Of a stretch of DNA of 20,000 nt, positions 1-10,618 are shown one piece after another. Position numbers and translations under genes: made by a program. The stretch spans positions 52,555-72,554 of the forward strand of contig JBEKXF010000030.1 in NCBI GenBank assembly GCA_049512315.1. Direction: 5' to 3'. Source of the stretch: Candidatus Aminicenantales bacterium (GTDB lineage Bacteria > Acidobacteriota > Aminicenantia > Aminicenantales > Saccharicenantaceae). The stretch's first letter is position 1; each line of letters opens with the position of its first letter. Below the pieces are notes generated by a model. The model saw nothing but the letters and a program-made list of their open reading frames with translations. It was not told the origin of the DNA and made no database searches.

Positions 1-1185
1 CTGTCGGACGCCCTGACCTACCAGCTTAGGGAGACGACGCTCAACGTTTTCCCCTACTTTGATGCCGAGATCACTTTCCAGGAGCGGGACGATTTCACCT
101 CTCAGACAGAGGAATCCAAGATCAGCATCCCCTTCATCATCGAATATGGCATCCGCCGGATGCAGCCCAACCCCATCCTCAAGGCGTTCCTGGCCCGGCA
201 GGTCCCGTTCCTGAAGCGGAAGTCCTTCGCCTACCTTCTGACCGTGGACGAAAAGGAGATCCTGGACAAGATCACGGGCGTCGACCCGGCCGAAGCCATC
301 CTCCAGACCCTGACCTCGCCGCCGGATTTCTTCTGGAAGAGCCTCTACCTGTTCTACTGCCTGGACCTCGTGGACGTGAAAAAGGAAGAAGGCGCGCAGG
401 CCGCGGCGGCCGCCGGCGCGGCGGAAACGGCGTCCCGCGGGACCGGAATGACCCCGGAAATCTCTGAAGTCCTCGCCTTCCGCGAGGCCGTAGCCCAGAA
501 GAATTTTTATCAGATCCTCGAGGTCGCCAAGACGGCCTCGGAGGAAGAGATCAAGAAGGCCTATTTCCAGATGGCCCGCCGCTTCCACCCCGACCGGTTC
601 GAGCGGAAGGCGGCCGCGGAGTACAAAAACCAGATCGACGAAGTCTTCGACGCCATCACGAACGCCTACCGGCTCCTCAGCAACGAGGACAAGCGGAAGG
701 ACTATGACTCGGGCATCGCGACGGGCGTCCAAGAAGAGGCCCAGGACTCCGTCAAGAAGGCCGAGATCAAGTTCCGGCAGGGAAAGACTTTGTTCGACAT
801 GGACCGGTTCGACGACGCCGTCTCCTATCTCGAGGAAGCGGTCCGCCTGAGACGGGACAAGGCCGATTATTACCTGCTCCTGGCCATGGCCGAATCCAAG
901 ATCCAGAGCTATCTCCGGAAAGCCGAATCGGATTTCCTCAAAGCGATCAGCCTCGAGGCCTGGAACCCGGAAGGCTATGTCGGCCTCGGGGTCCTCTACA
1001 GGACCGAAGGGCTCCAGACCAAAGCCATCCGGCAGTTCAAGAAAGCCCTGGAGGCCGATCCCGAGCACGCCAAGGCCCGCCAGGAGCTTGCAGACATGGG
1101 CCTGGGGCCGAAAAAGAAGAAGGGGCTCGAAGGCCTCTTTTCCCTGGACTTTCTCGGGTCCAAGGGCAAGCAGAAAAAAAAGTAG
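1..1185 (+). CDS. J-domain (DnaJ) + TPR protein, 5'-truncated by the window edge; possible DUF4388-like N-terminal region
   Basis: Frame is open from base 1 (LSDALTYQLRETTLNVFPYF...IIEYGIRRM). J-domain NFYQILEV...EEIKKAYFQMARRFHPD with HPD motif, followed by TPR-like repeats. Confidence 0.85.
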   Translation: MSDALTYQLRETTLNVFPYFDAEITFQERDDFTSQTEESKISIPFIIEYGIRRMQPNPILKAFLARQVPFLKRKSFAYLLTVDEKEILDKITGVDPAEAILQTLTSPPDFFWKSLYLFYCLDLVDVKKEEGAQAAAAAGAAETASRGTGMTPEISEVLAFREAVAQKNFYQILEVAKTASEEEIKKAYFQMARRFHPDRFERKAAAEYKNQIDEVFDAITNAYRLLSNEDKRKDYDSGIATGVQEEAQDSVKKAEIKFRQGKTLFDMDRFDDAVSYLEEAVRLRRDKADYYLLLAMAESKIQSYLRKAESDFLKAISLEAWNPEGYVGLGVLYRTEGLQTKAIRQFKKALEADPEHAKARQELADMGLGPKKKKGLEGLFSLDFLGSKGKQKKK

Positions 1186-3207
<2,022 letters not shown>

Positions 3208-3219
3208 CTATCAGAGAGT

Positions 3220-3257
3220 CCTCATCGCCGACCCTCGCGGGGCGGGGGGCGACGAGG
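3220..3257 (-). other. Intercistronic GC-rich hairpin with GNRA loop
   Basis: Minus strand CCTCGTCGCC...CCC-GCGA-GGG..GGCGATGAGG: 10-bp lower stem with one G-U pair, GCGA tetraloop, no U tract. Confidence 0.55.
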
Positions 3258-3283
3258 TTCGAACGCGCCTCCGGCGGGCCCCT

Positions 3284-4435
3284 TTAGCGCCCGAGCTTCG
3301 CCCTGACCTGGGCGACGAGCTGGTTGAACTTGTCGATGACGCCCTTCTGCTGGGACTTGATCTGCTCGATGGCCTGTTTCTCGGACTCGATGGCGTTGTT
3401 CAGCTTCTTCATGGAGACCTTTTCGGGGCCCGTGAGGTCGTCGTCGCTTTTGCTCCCGTACTTGTCGTTGTAGGTCTTGGTCATCTCAGCGATGTTCTTG
3501 TTGTGCTCTTCGATCTGGGTGTTGATCGCGGCCAGGTCCGGGCTGTCGCTGATATAGAGGTTCAGGGCCGCTTGATGAAGGTTCTTCTGCTGGGCGGCGT
3601 TCAGGAGGCCGGCTTCGATGAGGGCGTTGATGGCTTCGGGCTTGAGGGAGGGCTTGGTCTTGGCCTCTTTGTTCAGGATGACCGCGATATTGAGGGCGAG
3701 GTTGGCGGTCTTCTTTTTGGCGTAGGCTTCCCTGTAGATCGCCAGGGCCTCGTCGACCTTGCCTTCCTTGTAGAGGGTCTGGGCCAGGAGGGAGGCACTT
3801 TCGGAACCTTGGTCGGCGGCATAGAACTCCCGGAAGACCTTTTCGGCTTCGACGTACTTCTGGCTCTTGTAGAGGGTCGAGGCGAGGTTGTTGAGCTGTT
3901 TCGTGATGCTCGGGTCCTTCAGGATGCCGTAGGCCGTGATATAGGATGCGGCCGCGGCGCCGTAGTCGCCGGACTTCTCGGCGAACTGGCCGAGGAGAAC
4001 GTGGCCGGAAGCCTGGAGTTGGGCCGCCGTCTTAGGGTCGGCGCTGGCCTTACCCTTGTCGATGATCCGTTGGACGGATGCTTTCGCCTTGTCCATTTGT
4101 CCCATTCCCGCGTAAAGGGAAGGGATGCTGAAAGTGATCTGGAGCTTGACGGTCTCGTCGATCCCGCTCATGGCCAGGGCCTTTTCGCCGCAGTCGATGG
4201 CCTTCTGGGCGTTCTTGGTCGCGCAGGGGGTCAGGCAGTAATAGGCGTAAGCGTAAGCGTCGTACTGGCCGCCTTTCCCCGCGTATTGAGTGATATAGGC
4301 ATCGAGGGCCTGGATTTGCTGGCACTTGTCGGAGAGCTGCATGGCCTTGAGGTATTGCTCGTCGGCGCTCTGGGCGGCCAGAAGGCCCGTCAGCAGGAAA
4401 ACCAAGGTCACGGTGGTCCAAAGTGTCTTTTTCAT
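3284..4435 (-). CDS. Secreted TPR-like / coiled-coil protein of unknown function
   Basis: Start re-called at ATG 4435 (MKKTLWTTVTLVFLLTGLLAAQ, signal peptide; GAGG upstream). TPR-like helices and a C-terminal heptad-rich region. Confidence 0.8.
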   Translation of the reverse strand: MKKTLWTTVTLVFLLTGLLAAQSADEQYLKAMQLSDKCQQIQALDAYITQYAGKGGQYDAYAYAYYCLTPCATKNAQKAIDCGEKALAMSGIDETVKLQITFSIPSLYAGMGQMDKAKASVQRIIDKGKASADPKTAAQLQASGHVLLGQFAEKSGDYGAAAASYITAYGILKDPSITKQLNNLASTLYKSQKYVEAEKVFREFYAADQGSESASLLAQTLYKEGKVDEALAIYREAYAKKKTANLALNIAVILNKEAKTKPSLKPEAINALIEAGLLNAAQQKNLHQAALNLYISDSPDLAAINTQIEEHNKNIAEMTKTYNDKYGSKSDDDLTGPEKVSMKKLNNAIESEKQAIEQIKSQQKGVIDKFNQLVAQVRAKLGR

Positions 4436-4462
4436 TCGAAACCTCGCATCAAAATTTGTAGA

Positions 4463-4491
4463 ATCATAGCCCGCATCCCGGCAATTGTCAA
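4463..4491 (-). promoter_or_regulatory. Sigma70-type promoter of the TPR protein gene
   Basis: TTGACA-17 bp-TATGAT on the minus strand. Confidence 0.75.
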
Positions 4492-4517
4492 TATGTTGCC
4501 GCACACCCATAAAATAT

Positions 4518-4534
4518 AGCAATTCTCATGCCAA
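4518..4534 (-). promoter_or_regulatory. Putative sigma54 (-24/-12) promoter
   Basis: TTGGCATGAGAATTGCT versus consensus YTGGCACG-N4-TTGCW, with exact GG-N10-GC spacing. Confidence 0.5.
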
Positions 4535-4650
4535 TAATGAAAAACGGGGACATCGGCATGCCCTATCGAGCGTTTCCTCTGACGGGCGCCCTGATCCGGC
4601 ACGCGGCGGCCGGGAGGACCGTCTCTCAAATTGGACACCCCCTCCTTTGT

Positions 4651-4680
4651 TTTACTTCACCGGCGGCAATGCAATATAAT
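4651..4680 (+). promoter_or_regulatory. Sigma70-type promoter of murB
   Basis: Perfect TATAAT at 4675-4680 with TTTACT/TTACTT 17-18 bp upstream. Confidence 0.6.
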
Positions 4681-4687
4681 ACCCGAG

Positions 4688-5626
4688 ATGAAAACAGCCC
4701 AGGACTTCGGAAGCGTTTTCCTTGAAGCGACAGGCCTGCCGCTCCGGGAAAAGGTCGGGCTCGACCCGTTCTCAAGCTTCAAGATCGGCGGCCCGGCCGA
4801 CCTTTTTTTCGAGGCCCAGACGGAGGATGACCTCAAGCAGGCCGTGGCGGTCGCCGCCCGTGAGAGATTTCCTTTCTACGTCATCGGGGGGGGCACCAAC
4901 ATCCTTTTCGACGACGAGGGGTACCATGGCCTGATCATCCGGAACAGGGCGGGAGGCCTGGCCGATTGCGAAGGCTTGGTGACCGTCGCTTCGGGGACCG
5001 GCCTGTCGTCCCTGCTCCAATACAGCTTGACCAGGGGGCTCGTCGGCCTGGAATTCACGGCCGGGATCCCGGGCACGGTGGGCGGCGCGCTCGCCGGTAA
5101 CGCCGGGGCCTTCGGCCGGAGCATCGGGGATCTCCTCGAGGAGGCCGTTCTCGTCGACCCGGCCGGCGGAGAGCGGAGGCTCGCCCGGCAGGATCTCGGC
5201 TTCGGCTACAGGACGTCCTCCCTCCAGAAAAGCCATGCCGTCGTCCTCCGGGCCGTCATCGAGGCCGCGCCAGGCGACCGCAAAATCTCGGAAGCCAGGA
5301 TCAAGGATTACCTGGAGAAGAGGCGGACGAAACATCCCCCCTGGGGGACCGCCTGCGCCGGGAGCTACTTCAAGAACCCGTGTTCGCCGGCGGGGGAGAA
5401 GGTCGCGGCCGGACGGCTCCTTGAGCAGGCCGGCGCGAAGGGCCTGGCGGTCGGCGGCGCGGCCGTTTATGAAGGGCACTGCAATTTCATCGTGAACACG
5501 GGGAGCGCCCGGGCCAGGGACGTCCTTCAGCTGGCGGAGGAGATGAAGAAGCGCGTCTTCGGGATGTCCGGCATCCGACTGGAGGAGGAAGTCATTCACG
5601 TTCCAGCAACCGCTTCAATGCTCTGA
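4688..5626 (+). CDS. murB: UDP-N-acetylenolpyruvoylglucosamine reductase
   Basis: SFKIGGPAD, GGGTNILF, GLEF.AGIPGTVGGA..GNAGAFG, FGYR.S, AGSYFKNP, H.NFIVN, LEEEV motifs. Start re-called at ATG 4688. Confidence 0.96.
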   Translation: MKTAQDFGSVFLEATGLPLREKVGLDPFSSFKIGGPADLFFEAQTEDDLKQAVAVAARERFPFYVIGGGTNILFDDEGYHGLIIRNRAGGLADCEGLVTVASGTGLSSLLQYSLTRGLVGLEFTAGIPGTVGGALAGNAGAFGRSIGDLLEEAVLVDPAGGERRLARQDLGFGYRTSSLQKSHAVVLRAVIEAAPGDRKISEARIKDYLEKRRTKHPPWGTACAGSYFKNPCSPAGEKVAAGRLLEQAGAKGLAVGGAAVYEGHCNFIVNTGSARARDVLQLAEEMKKRVFGMSGIRLEEEVIHVPATASML

Positions 5627-6458
5627 CCTTCCGGTTCGGCAGGGATCGACCCGCGATCAGTCCCAAGGCCTGTTTTCCCAAGGTCTTATATGTCTTTTCC
5701 TCGCGAGGGCGGCTCTTCAGGGCCTCGAGATGTCTGCGGACGGTCTCGACATCCCCCCGGGCGACCGGGCCCGTGAACGCTTTTTCCCAGCCAAATTTTT
5801 TTACGTTCTGTAAAGTTCCTTGGACGAGAGGCAGCAGGACGGCGATGGCCGTTTTTTGGCGGACTCCCGCCTCGCGGAGAAGTGCTGCGGCGGACGCCTC
5901 GAGCGAAACCAGCCCGTTCGAGGCCAGGCTGCAGGCGGCATGGTAGAGAGGCTTATCATTTTCCCGCAGGACCAGCGCCCGCCCGCCGAGCGTCCTGACC
6001 ACGTCCCGCCCGGCCCTGACCGCGTCCGCGTCCCCCTCTAGCCCCCAGAAGATCCCGCGGAAGAAACGGACGGACGCGCCCTTTTCAGGGAAGGACTGGA
6101 CGGGATGCATGGACGCCGCCCGGGCGCCCTTTTTCCGGAGGGGGTTGAGGACAGCCGCGGGATGAAGCCCGCTCGTGTGAAAGACGAAGCGGCCGGCCCA
6201 GCTCGACCCCGGCCGGGCCAGCTTTTTCGCTACGACCTTTAGCGTATCGTCCGGGACGCAGATGAACACGACTCGGGCCCCGCGCGCCGCCTTCCCGATG
6301 TCCGACGTCGCCGTCCCCCGGCCGATGATTTTCCGGGCCTCCCGGGCTGCGGCCGGGTCCCGGTCGGCGATGACTTTGAGATCCCAGCCTTTTTTCGTCA
6401 GGGCGGCGCCGAGCGACGTGCCGAGCCGTCCCGCACCGACGATGGAGAATGTCGTCAT
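5592..6458 (-). CDS. Rossmann-like + DUF2520 oxidoreductase (PanG-like)
   Basis: IVGAGRLG nucleotide-binding motif, VPDD, HTSG, HPVQSF, YHAA....SN, TGPVARGD..TV..HL. ATG 6458 overlaps the upstream stop (ATGA). Confidence 0.88.
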   Translation of the reverse strand: MTTFSIVGAGRLGTSLGAALTKKGWDLKVIADRDPAAAREARKIIGRGTATSDIGKAARGARVVFICVPDDTLKVVAKKLARPGSSWAGRFVFHTSGLHPAAVLNPLRKKGARAASMHPVQSFPEKGASVRFFRGIFWGLEGDADAVRAGRDVVRTLGGRALVLRENDKPLYHAACSLASNGLVSLEASAAALLREAGVRQKTAIAVLLPLVQGTLQNVKKFGWEKAFTGPVARGDVETVRRHLEALKSRPREEKTYKTLGKQALGLIAGRSLPNRKVRALKRLLERE

Positions 6459-6931
6459 GGCTTGGACTTGAAGACCTCGTCCCAGAGGTTGACTTCGAGC
6501 GGCGACGGGGCTTCGACCCGCTTCTCCATCTCCTTCTGCTTTTTCCGTTCCTTCAGGGCGGTCTTGAGCTCCCGGGCGAAGACCTCCGACGTCACCGCGG
6601 TCACGCCGTTCGCCTTGGCGCATTCCCGGATGGCCCGGTCCGAGCTGACGACGAAGAACCGCCTCCGGTCCGTCAGCCGGAGGATGACGTCCTCGATGAC
6701 GTCGTCGGCACTCTGCCCTTCCCCAGGATAGAGGATCGTGAACTTGGGGTTGACGGCGACCGCCGTCCGCTCTCGCTCGGGGTTGCCGTCGAAGACGAGG
6801 TGGATCCGGCTATGGGTGACCTTCTGGAAGCCCAGCAGCCGGCCGACGAGCCCCTCCCGGCCGGACCTCTCCTTGAGCTCGTGGGGGGCGATGCGGCCGA
6901 GGAGGTTGTTCCCGTCGATCAAGTAGGCCAT
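6455..6931 (-). CDS. NYN/PIN-like domain protein (YacP/Rae1-like putative RNase)
   Basis: YLIDGNN, LVFDG, SADDVI and VVSSDR acidic motifs. Confidence 0.85.
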   Translation of the reverse strand: MAYLIDGNNLLGRIAPHELKERSGREGLVGRLLGFQKVTHSRIHLVFDGNPERERTAVAVNPKFTILYPGEGQSADDVIEDVILRLTDRRRFFVVSSDRAIRECAKANGVTAVTSEVFARELKTALKERKKQKEMEKRVEAPSPLEVNLWDEVFKSKP

Positions 6932-6956
6932 GGCGTGTTGCGTTCCGCGCCGCCGG

Positions 6957-7301
6957 TCATCCCGGAGGCCACTTCATCCGGCGGCCGCCGAGGAGGTGGA
7001 AATGGATGTGAAAGACTTCCTGGCCGGAGTCCCTGGCCGTATTGAGGACGATCCGGTAGCCGGTTGTCCCGATCCCTTTCTCCCAGGCGATCTCCCGGGC
7101 CCGGAAGAGGATCTCGCCGAGCAGACCCTCGGCCCCTTCCGGGGCGTCGTTGAGCGAGGCGAAATGCGTCTTGGGAATGAGCAGGAGATGGACGGGCGCC
7201 TGGGGGCGGATGTCCTCGAACACGAGAAATTTCTCGTCCTCGTAGACGATCTTCGCCGGGATCTCCTTTTTGGCGATCCGGCAGAAAAGACAGGTGTCCA
7301 T
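6957..7301 (-). CDS. hinT: Histidine triad nucleotide-binding protein
   Basis: CLFCRI, DIRPQAPVHLLLIPK.H, GQEVFHIHFHLLGGR...WPPG. Confidence 0.95.
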   Translation of the reverse strand: MDTCLFCRIAKKEIPAKIVYEDEKFLVFEDIRPQAPVHLLLIPKTHFASLNDAPEGAEGLLGEILFRAREIAWEKGIGTTGYRIVLNTARDSGQEVFHIHFHLLGGRRMKWPPG

Positions 7302-7312
7302 GGACCCTCCTC

Positions 7313-8575
7313 TCAGGACGTGAATCTTTCGATCGAAGCGCCTAGGCCGCGGAGCTTCTCCTCGATCCTCTCGTAGCCCCGGTCGAGGTGCTCGATCTCG
7401 CTGAGGATGGTTTCGCCGCCGGCGATGAGCCCGGCCAGGATGAGGCAGGCCGAGGCCCGGAGGTCGGTGGCCGTGACCTCGGCGCCGGAGAGGGGCGTCA
7501 CGCCCTTGACGATGGCCTTGTCTCCCTGGACCTCGATCGACGCCCCGAGCCGGACGAGCTCGTTGACGTGGGCGAACCGGCGGTCGAAGATCGTCTCCGT
7601 GATGATGGACGTCCCCTCGGCCTGGGTCATGAGGGTGATGAACTGGGCCTGCATGTCCGTGGGGAAGCCGGGGTAGGGGGAGGTCGTGATATCCTGGGCC
7701 TTAATGTCGCGGTTGCCGAAAACGCGGAGGCCCCTCCGTCCTTCCGGATCGATCACCGCCCCGGAATAGCGGAGCTTCTCGATGACCGTCCGGACGTGGC
7801 CCGGCTCGACGCCCATGAGGAGGACGTCCCCGCCGGTCAGCGCGCCGGCGACGAGGAACGTCCCGGTCTCGATCCGGTCGGGGATGATGTCGTGGCTGGC
7901 GCCGTGGAGCTCCTGGACGCCCAGGATGTGGGCCGTGTCGTCGCCGCGCCATTCGATCCTGGCCCCCATCTTGTTCAGGAGGACGGCCAGGTCGGTCACT
8001 TCGGGTTCGACGGCGCAGTTCTTCAGGATGGTCTCGCCTTCGGCCAGGGCCGCGGCCATGAGGAGGTTCTCCGTGCCCGTAACCGTCTTTCTCTCGAACT
8101 CAATGACGGCGCCGCGGAGCCGGTCGGCCTGGGCCTGGATATAGCCGTGCTCGAGCGAGATCTTCGCCCCGAGCTTCTGCAGGCCGCCGATGTGGAGGTC
8201 GACCGGGCGCGAACCGATGGCGCAGCCGCCGGGCAGGGCGACGGCCGCTTTGCCGAAGCGGGCCAGGAGTGGTCCGAGGACGAGGATGGACGCCCGCATG
8301 GCCCGGACGAGCTCGTAAGAGGCCTCGTCGGACGTGATCCGCTCGACGCGCACGGAGACGGAATTCTCCTGGAGCGAACATTTTCCGCCCAGCTCGTTGA
8401 CCAAAGTCAGAATAGTGTGGACGTCCTTAACCCGCGGGACGTTGCCGAGGCGGACCTCGTCGCCCGTCAGCAGGCCGGCCGCGATCGCGGGCAGGACGGC
8501 GTTCTTGGCCCCGCTGATGCGGACTTTCCCTTTCAGCTGGAGGTCGGGGCCGCCGAGGATACGGATTTTTTCCAC
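7313..8575 (-). CDS. murA: UDP-N-acetylglucosamine 1-carboxyvinyltransferase
   Basis: SGAKNA, MRAS..VLGPLLAR, LPGGCAIGSRPVDLH (catalytic Cys retained), DRIETGT, PGFPTDMQ, TDLRA, LDRGYE. GTG start. Confidence 0.98.
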   Translation of the reverse strand: MEKIRILGGPDLQLKGKVRISGAKNAVLPAIAAGLLTGDEVRLGNVPRVKDVHTILTLVNELGGKCSLQENSVSVRVERITSDEASYELVRAMRASILVLGPLLARFGKAAVALPGGCAIGSRPVDLHIGGLQKLGAKISLEHGYIQAQADRLRGAVIEFERKTVTGTENLLMAAALAEGETILKNCAVEPEVTDLAVLLNKMGARIEWRGDDTAHILGVQELHGASHDIIPDRIETGTFLVAGALTGGDVLLMGVEPGHVRTVIEKLRYSGAVIDPEGRRGLRVFGNRDIKAQDITTSPYPGFPTDMQAQFITLMTQAEGTSIITETIFDRRFAHVNELVRLGASIEVQGDKAIVKGVTPLSGAEVTATDLRASACLILAGLIAGGETILSEIEHLDRGYERIEEKLRGLGASIERFTS

Positions 8576-8606
8576 GGCTCGATTCTAAAGGAAGTTATCG
8601 CCGAAT

Positions 8607-10547
8607 TCAACCGGCCGGGACGATGCCCTGGCGAGACCAGCCCCAGGCGTCGTAGTAGGCGTCGAGGACGGAGCTGTATAATGCCTCGTCGACGGCCCGG
8701 CCCTGGTGGGCGCCCCGGGTCATCGGGACCTTGAGCTTGGCTGGGACGAAAGCGTCGTAGGTCCGGTCGCGGCCTTGGATGTTGTTCATCCGGCGCTCGA
8801 GGGCATAGATCCGGCGGCCGCACTCCTTGAGCGAATCGGCCGTGTATTCGATCCCGGTCAGGGCGCGGTAGAGGGAGAGGAACGGCTCCGCGGTGATGTC
8901 GCCGGTGAAGAAATCGCACAGGCCGAGGGAATCGACGAGGGCCTTGCCGGCCTGGCCCTCCGCGACGTAGGCCGCCAGGTCCCGGGCGTCCTTGAGCCCA
9001 CCCTCCTCGGCCTGGATCGTCCAGGCGTAGGTGTGGTCGCCCCGGCCGCGGTTCGAGGTCCCGTAGGCCGTGAACATCCCCGGGAAGACCTTGGGGTTGA
9101 TCCCGGCGTAGCCGAGGCCGCCGTAGGCCGTCGTCGCGCAATAGGCGATGTCGGCGAGCGCGCCCGCGGCCGAGCGGCCCGCCAGTTCGGCGACGACACG
9201 GTCGGTGTAGTGGCCGAGGAGCCGGCCCAAATCGCTCGCGCCGTAGGCGATGTCCTTCAGCGCCTGGATCATTTCGGCGGCGTCCCCGAACCGGAGGCGG
9301 CTGCCGAAGCCCGTGAAGAAGCCCTTCTCGGAAAGCTCCATGGCCCCGGCCATGATGCTGCCGAAGGTCATCGTATCGACGCCCAGCTCGTTGCAGAGAT
9401 AATTCATGTGGAAGATGGCGTCACGGTCGAGGATGCAGCAGTTGATCCAGAGGGCGATCGTCTCGAACTCGGGGCGGACGCCGGCGCCGGCGTAAGGCCC
9501 CGAGTCGACCTTGGCCGACCGGGTGCAGAAAATGTGACGGCACTTGTTGCAGACGTTGTGCTTGCCGGAGATCTCAAGGAAGGCGTCCGTCGAGACGCGG
9601 GCGTAGTCGCCGGGGTCGAAGGACCCCTCGTCGAAATTGTGCCAGGGGAGGTATCCGCCCTTGACGCCCAGGTAGCGGCCGTTGAAAGCCCGGTCGAGCC
9701 ACCAGGTCGTCCCCGTCGTCGGCCGGAACGAGGCCGTCCGGTTGGGGTCCTCGACGCTGGCCTTGACGATCCGGTCGAGCTCCGGCCCGAGCTTCCTGAA
9801 TTCCTCGGCGTCCGCATAGGACACCGGGTTTTTTCCGAGCGCCGTGACGGCGACGAGGTTCTTGGAGCCGAAGACGGCCCCGGCCCCGCCGCGGCCGAAG
9901 TTCCGGTGATAATCGGCCGTGAGGCAGGCGAAGTCCACGAGGTTCCAGCCCGCCGGCCCCACGCAGACCGTGGAGGACCCCTTGATCTTCCGGGAGAGTT
10001 CGTCCGTAATCTCCGAGGCCGGCCGGGGCACGGAGCGGCCGCCGACCTTCTGGAAGAGGCTCTCTTCTGCGTCGACGACGCGGACGGCTCCCTCAATGAC
10101 CTCGATGCGAACGGGGCGGTCGGCCCGGCCGTCGATGATGAGCTGGTCGATGCCGGCCCGCTTGAGCATGTTGTGGAAGAGGCCGCCGGCGCTCGAGTGC
10201 GTGATCATGCCGTAGATGGGCCTATGTCCCGGCACCCAGGCCCCGCTTTCGGGCGACCGGGTCATGGTCCCGATGAAGGAGCAGGAGCCCCGACCCGCGG
10301 TCGGGATGACGGTATCGTTCGCGGCGGCGCTGCCGATGACGATCCTGTTCCCGGGGCCGAGGGGGTCCTTGAGCGGAGCTCCGGCCTGGAGCTTTTCGGA
10401 GAGGAGCTGGGCCTGGAGCCCGCGGCCGCCGACGTAATCGCGGCAGAGAGTGGGGTCGGCCGGCTCGACCCGGACCGATCGGTCCGTCAGGTCGACCCAG
10501 GCCCACGTTCCCCGGTATCCGGACAATGTTGATCTTTTTTCAGGCAT
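8607..10547 (-). CDS. Aldehyde:ferredoxin oxidoreductase family (W/Mo-pterin, Fe-S) enzyme
   Basis: YVGGRGL, DPLGPGN, GRGGAGAVFGSKNL, CNKCRHIFC, PEFET, CNELGVDTM, SNRGRGDH, DSLGLC, YY..WGW...G.VP. Start 10547 follows GAGGAG; 10574 is an alternative. Confidence 0.9.
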   Translation of the reverse strand: MPEKRSTLSGYRGTWAWVDLTDRSVRVEPADPTLCRDYVGGRGLQAQLLSEKLQAGAPLKDPLGPGNRIVIGSAAANDTVIPTAGRGSCSFIGTMTRSPESGAWVPGHRPIYGMITHSSAGGLFHNMLKRAGIDQLIIDGRADRPVRIEVIEGAVRVVDAEESLFQKVGGRSVPRPASEITDELSRKIKGSSTVCVGPAGWNLVDFACLTADYHRNFGRGGAGAVFGSKNLVAVTALGKNPVSYADAEEFRKLGPELDRIVKASVEDPNRTASFRPTTGTTWWLDRAFNGRYLGVKGGYLPWHNFDEGSFDPGDYARVSTDAFLEISGKHNVCNKCRHIFCTRSAKVDSGPYAGAGVRPEFETIALWINCCILDRDAIFHMNYLCNELGVDTMTFGSIMAGAMELSEKGFFTGFGSRLRFGDAAEMIQALKDIAYGASDLGRLLGHYTDRVVAELAGRSAAGALADIAYCATTAYGGLGYAGINPKVFPGMFTAYGTSNRGRGDHTYAWTIQAEEGGLKDARDLAAYVAEGQAGKALVDSLGLCDFFTGDITAEPFLSLYRALTGIEYTADSLKECGRRIYALERRMNNIQGRDRTYDAFVPAKLKVPMTRGAHQGRAVDEALYSSVLDAYYDAWGWSRQGIVPAG

Positions 10548-10618
10548 CTCGGGCTCTCCTCTTTTCTTCATCAATGGTCATGGCAGGCGTCGCTCATCAC
10601 CAGCCCGAGGCGTCCGGA

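Noticed and set aside
4485..4725. Short ORFs in the TPR/murB intergenic region
   Set aside because: They overlap promoter elements, lack an RBS and have non-coding-like codon usage.
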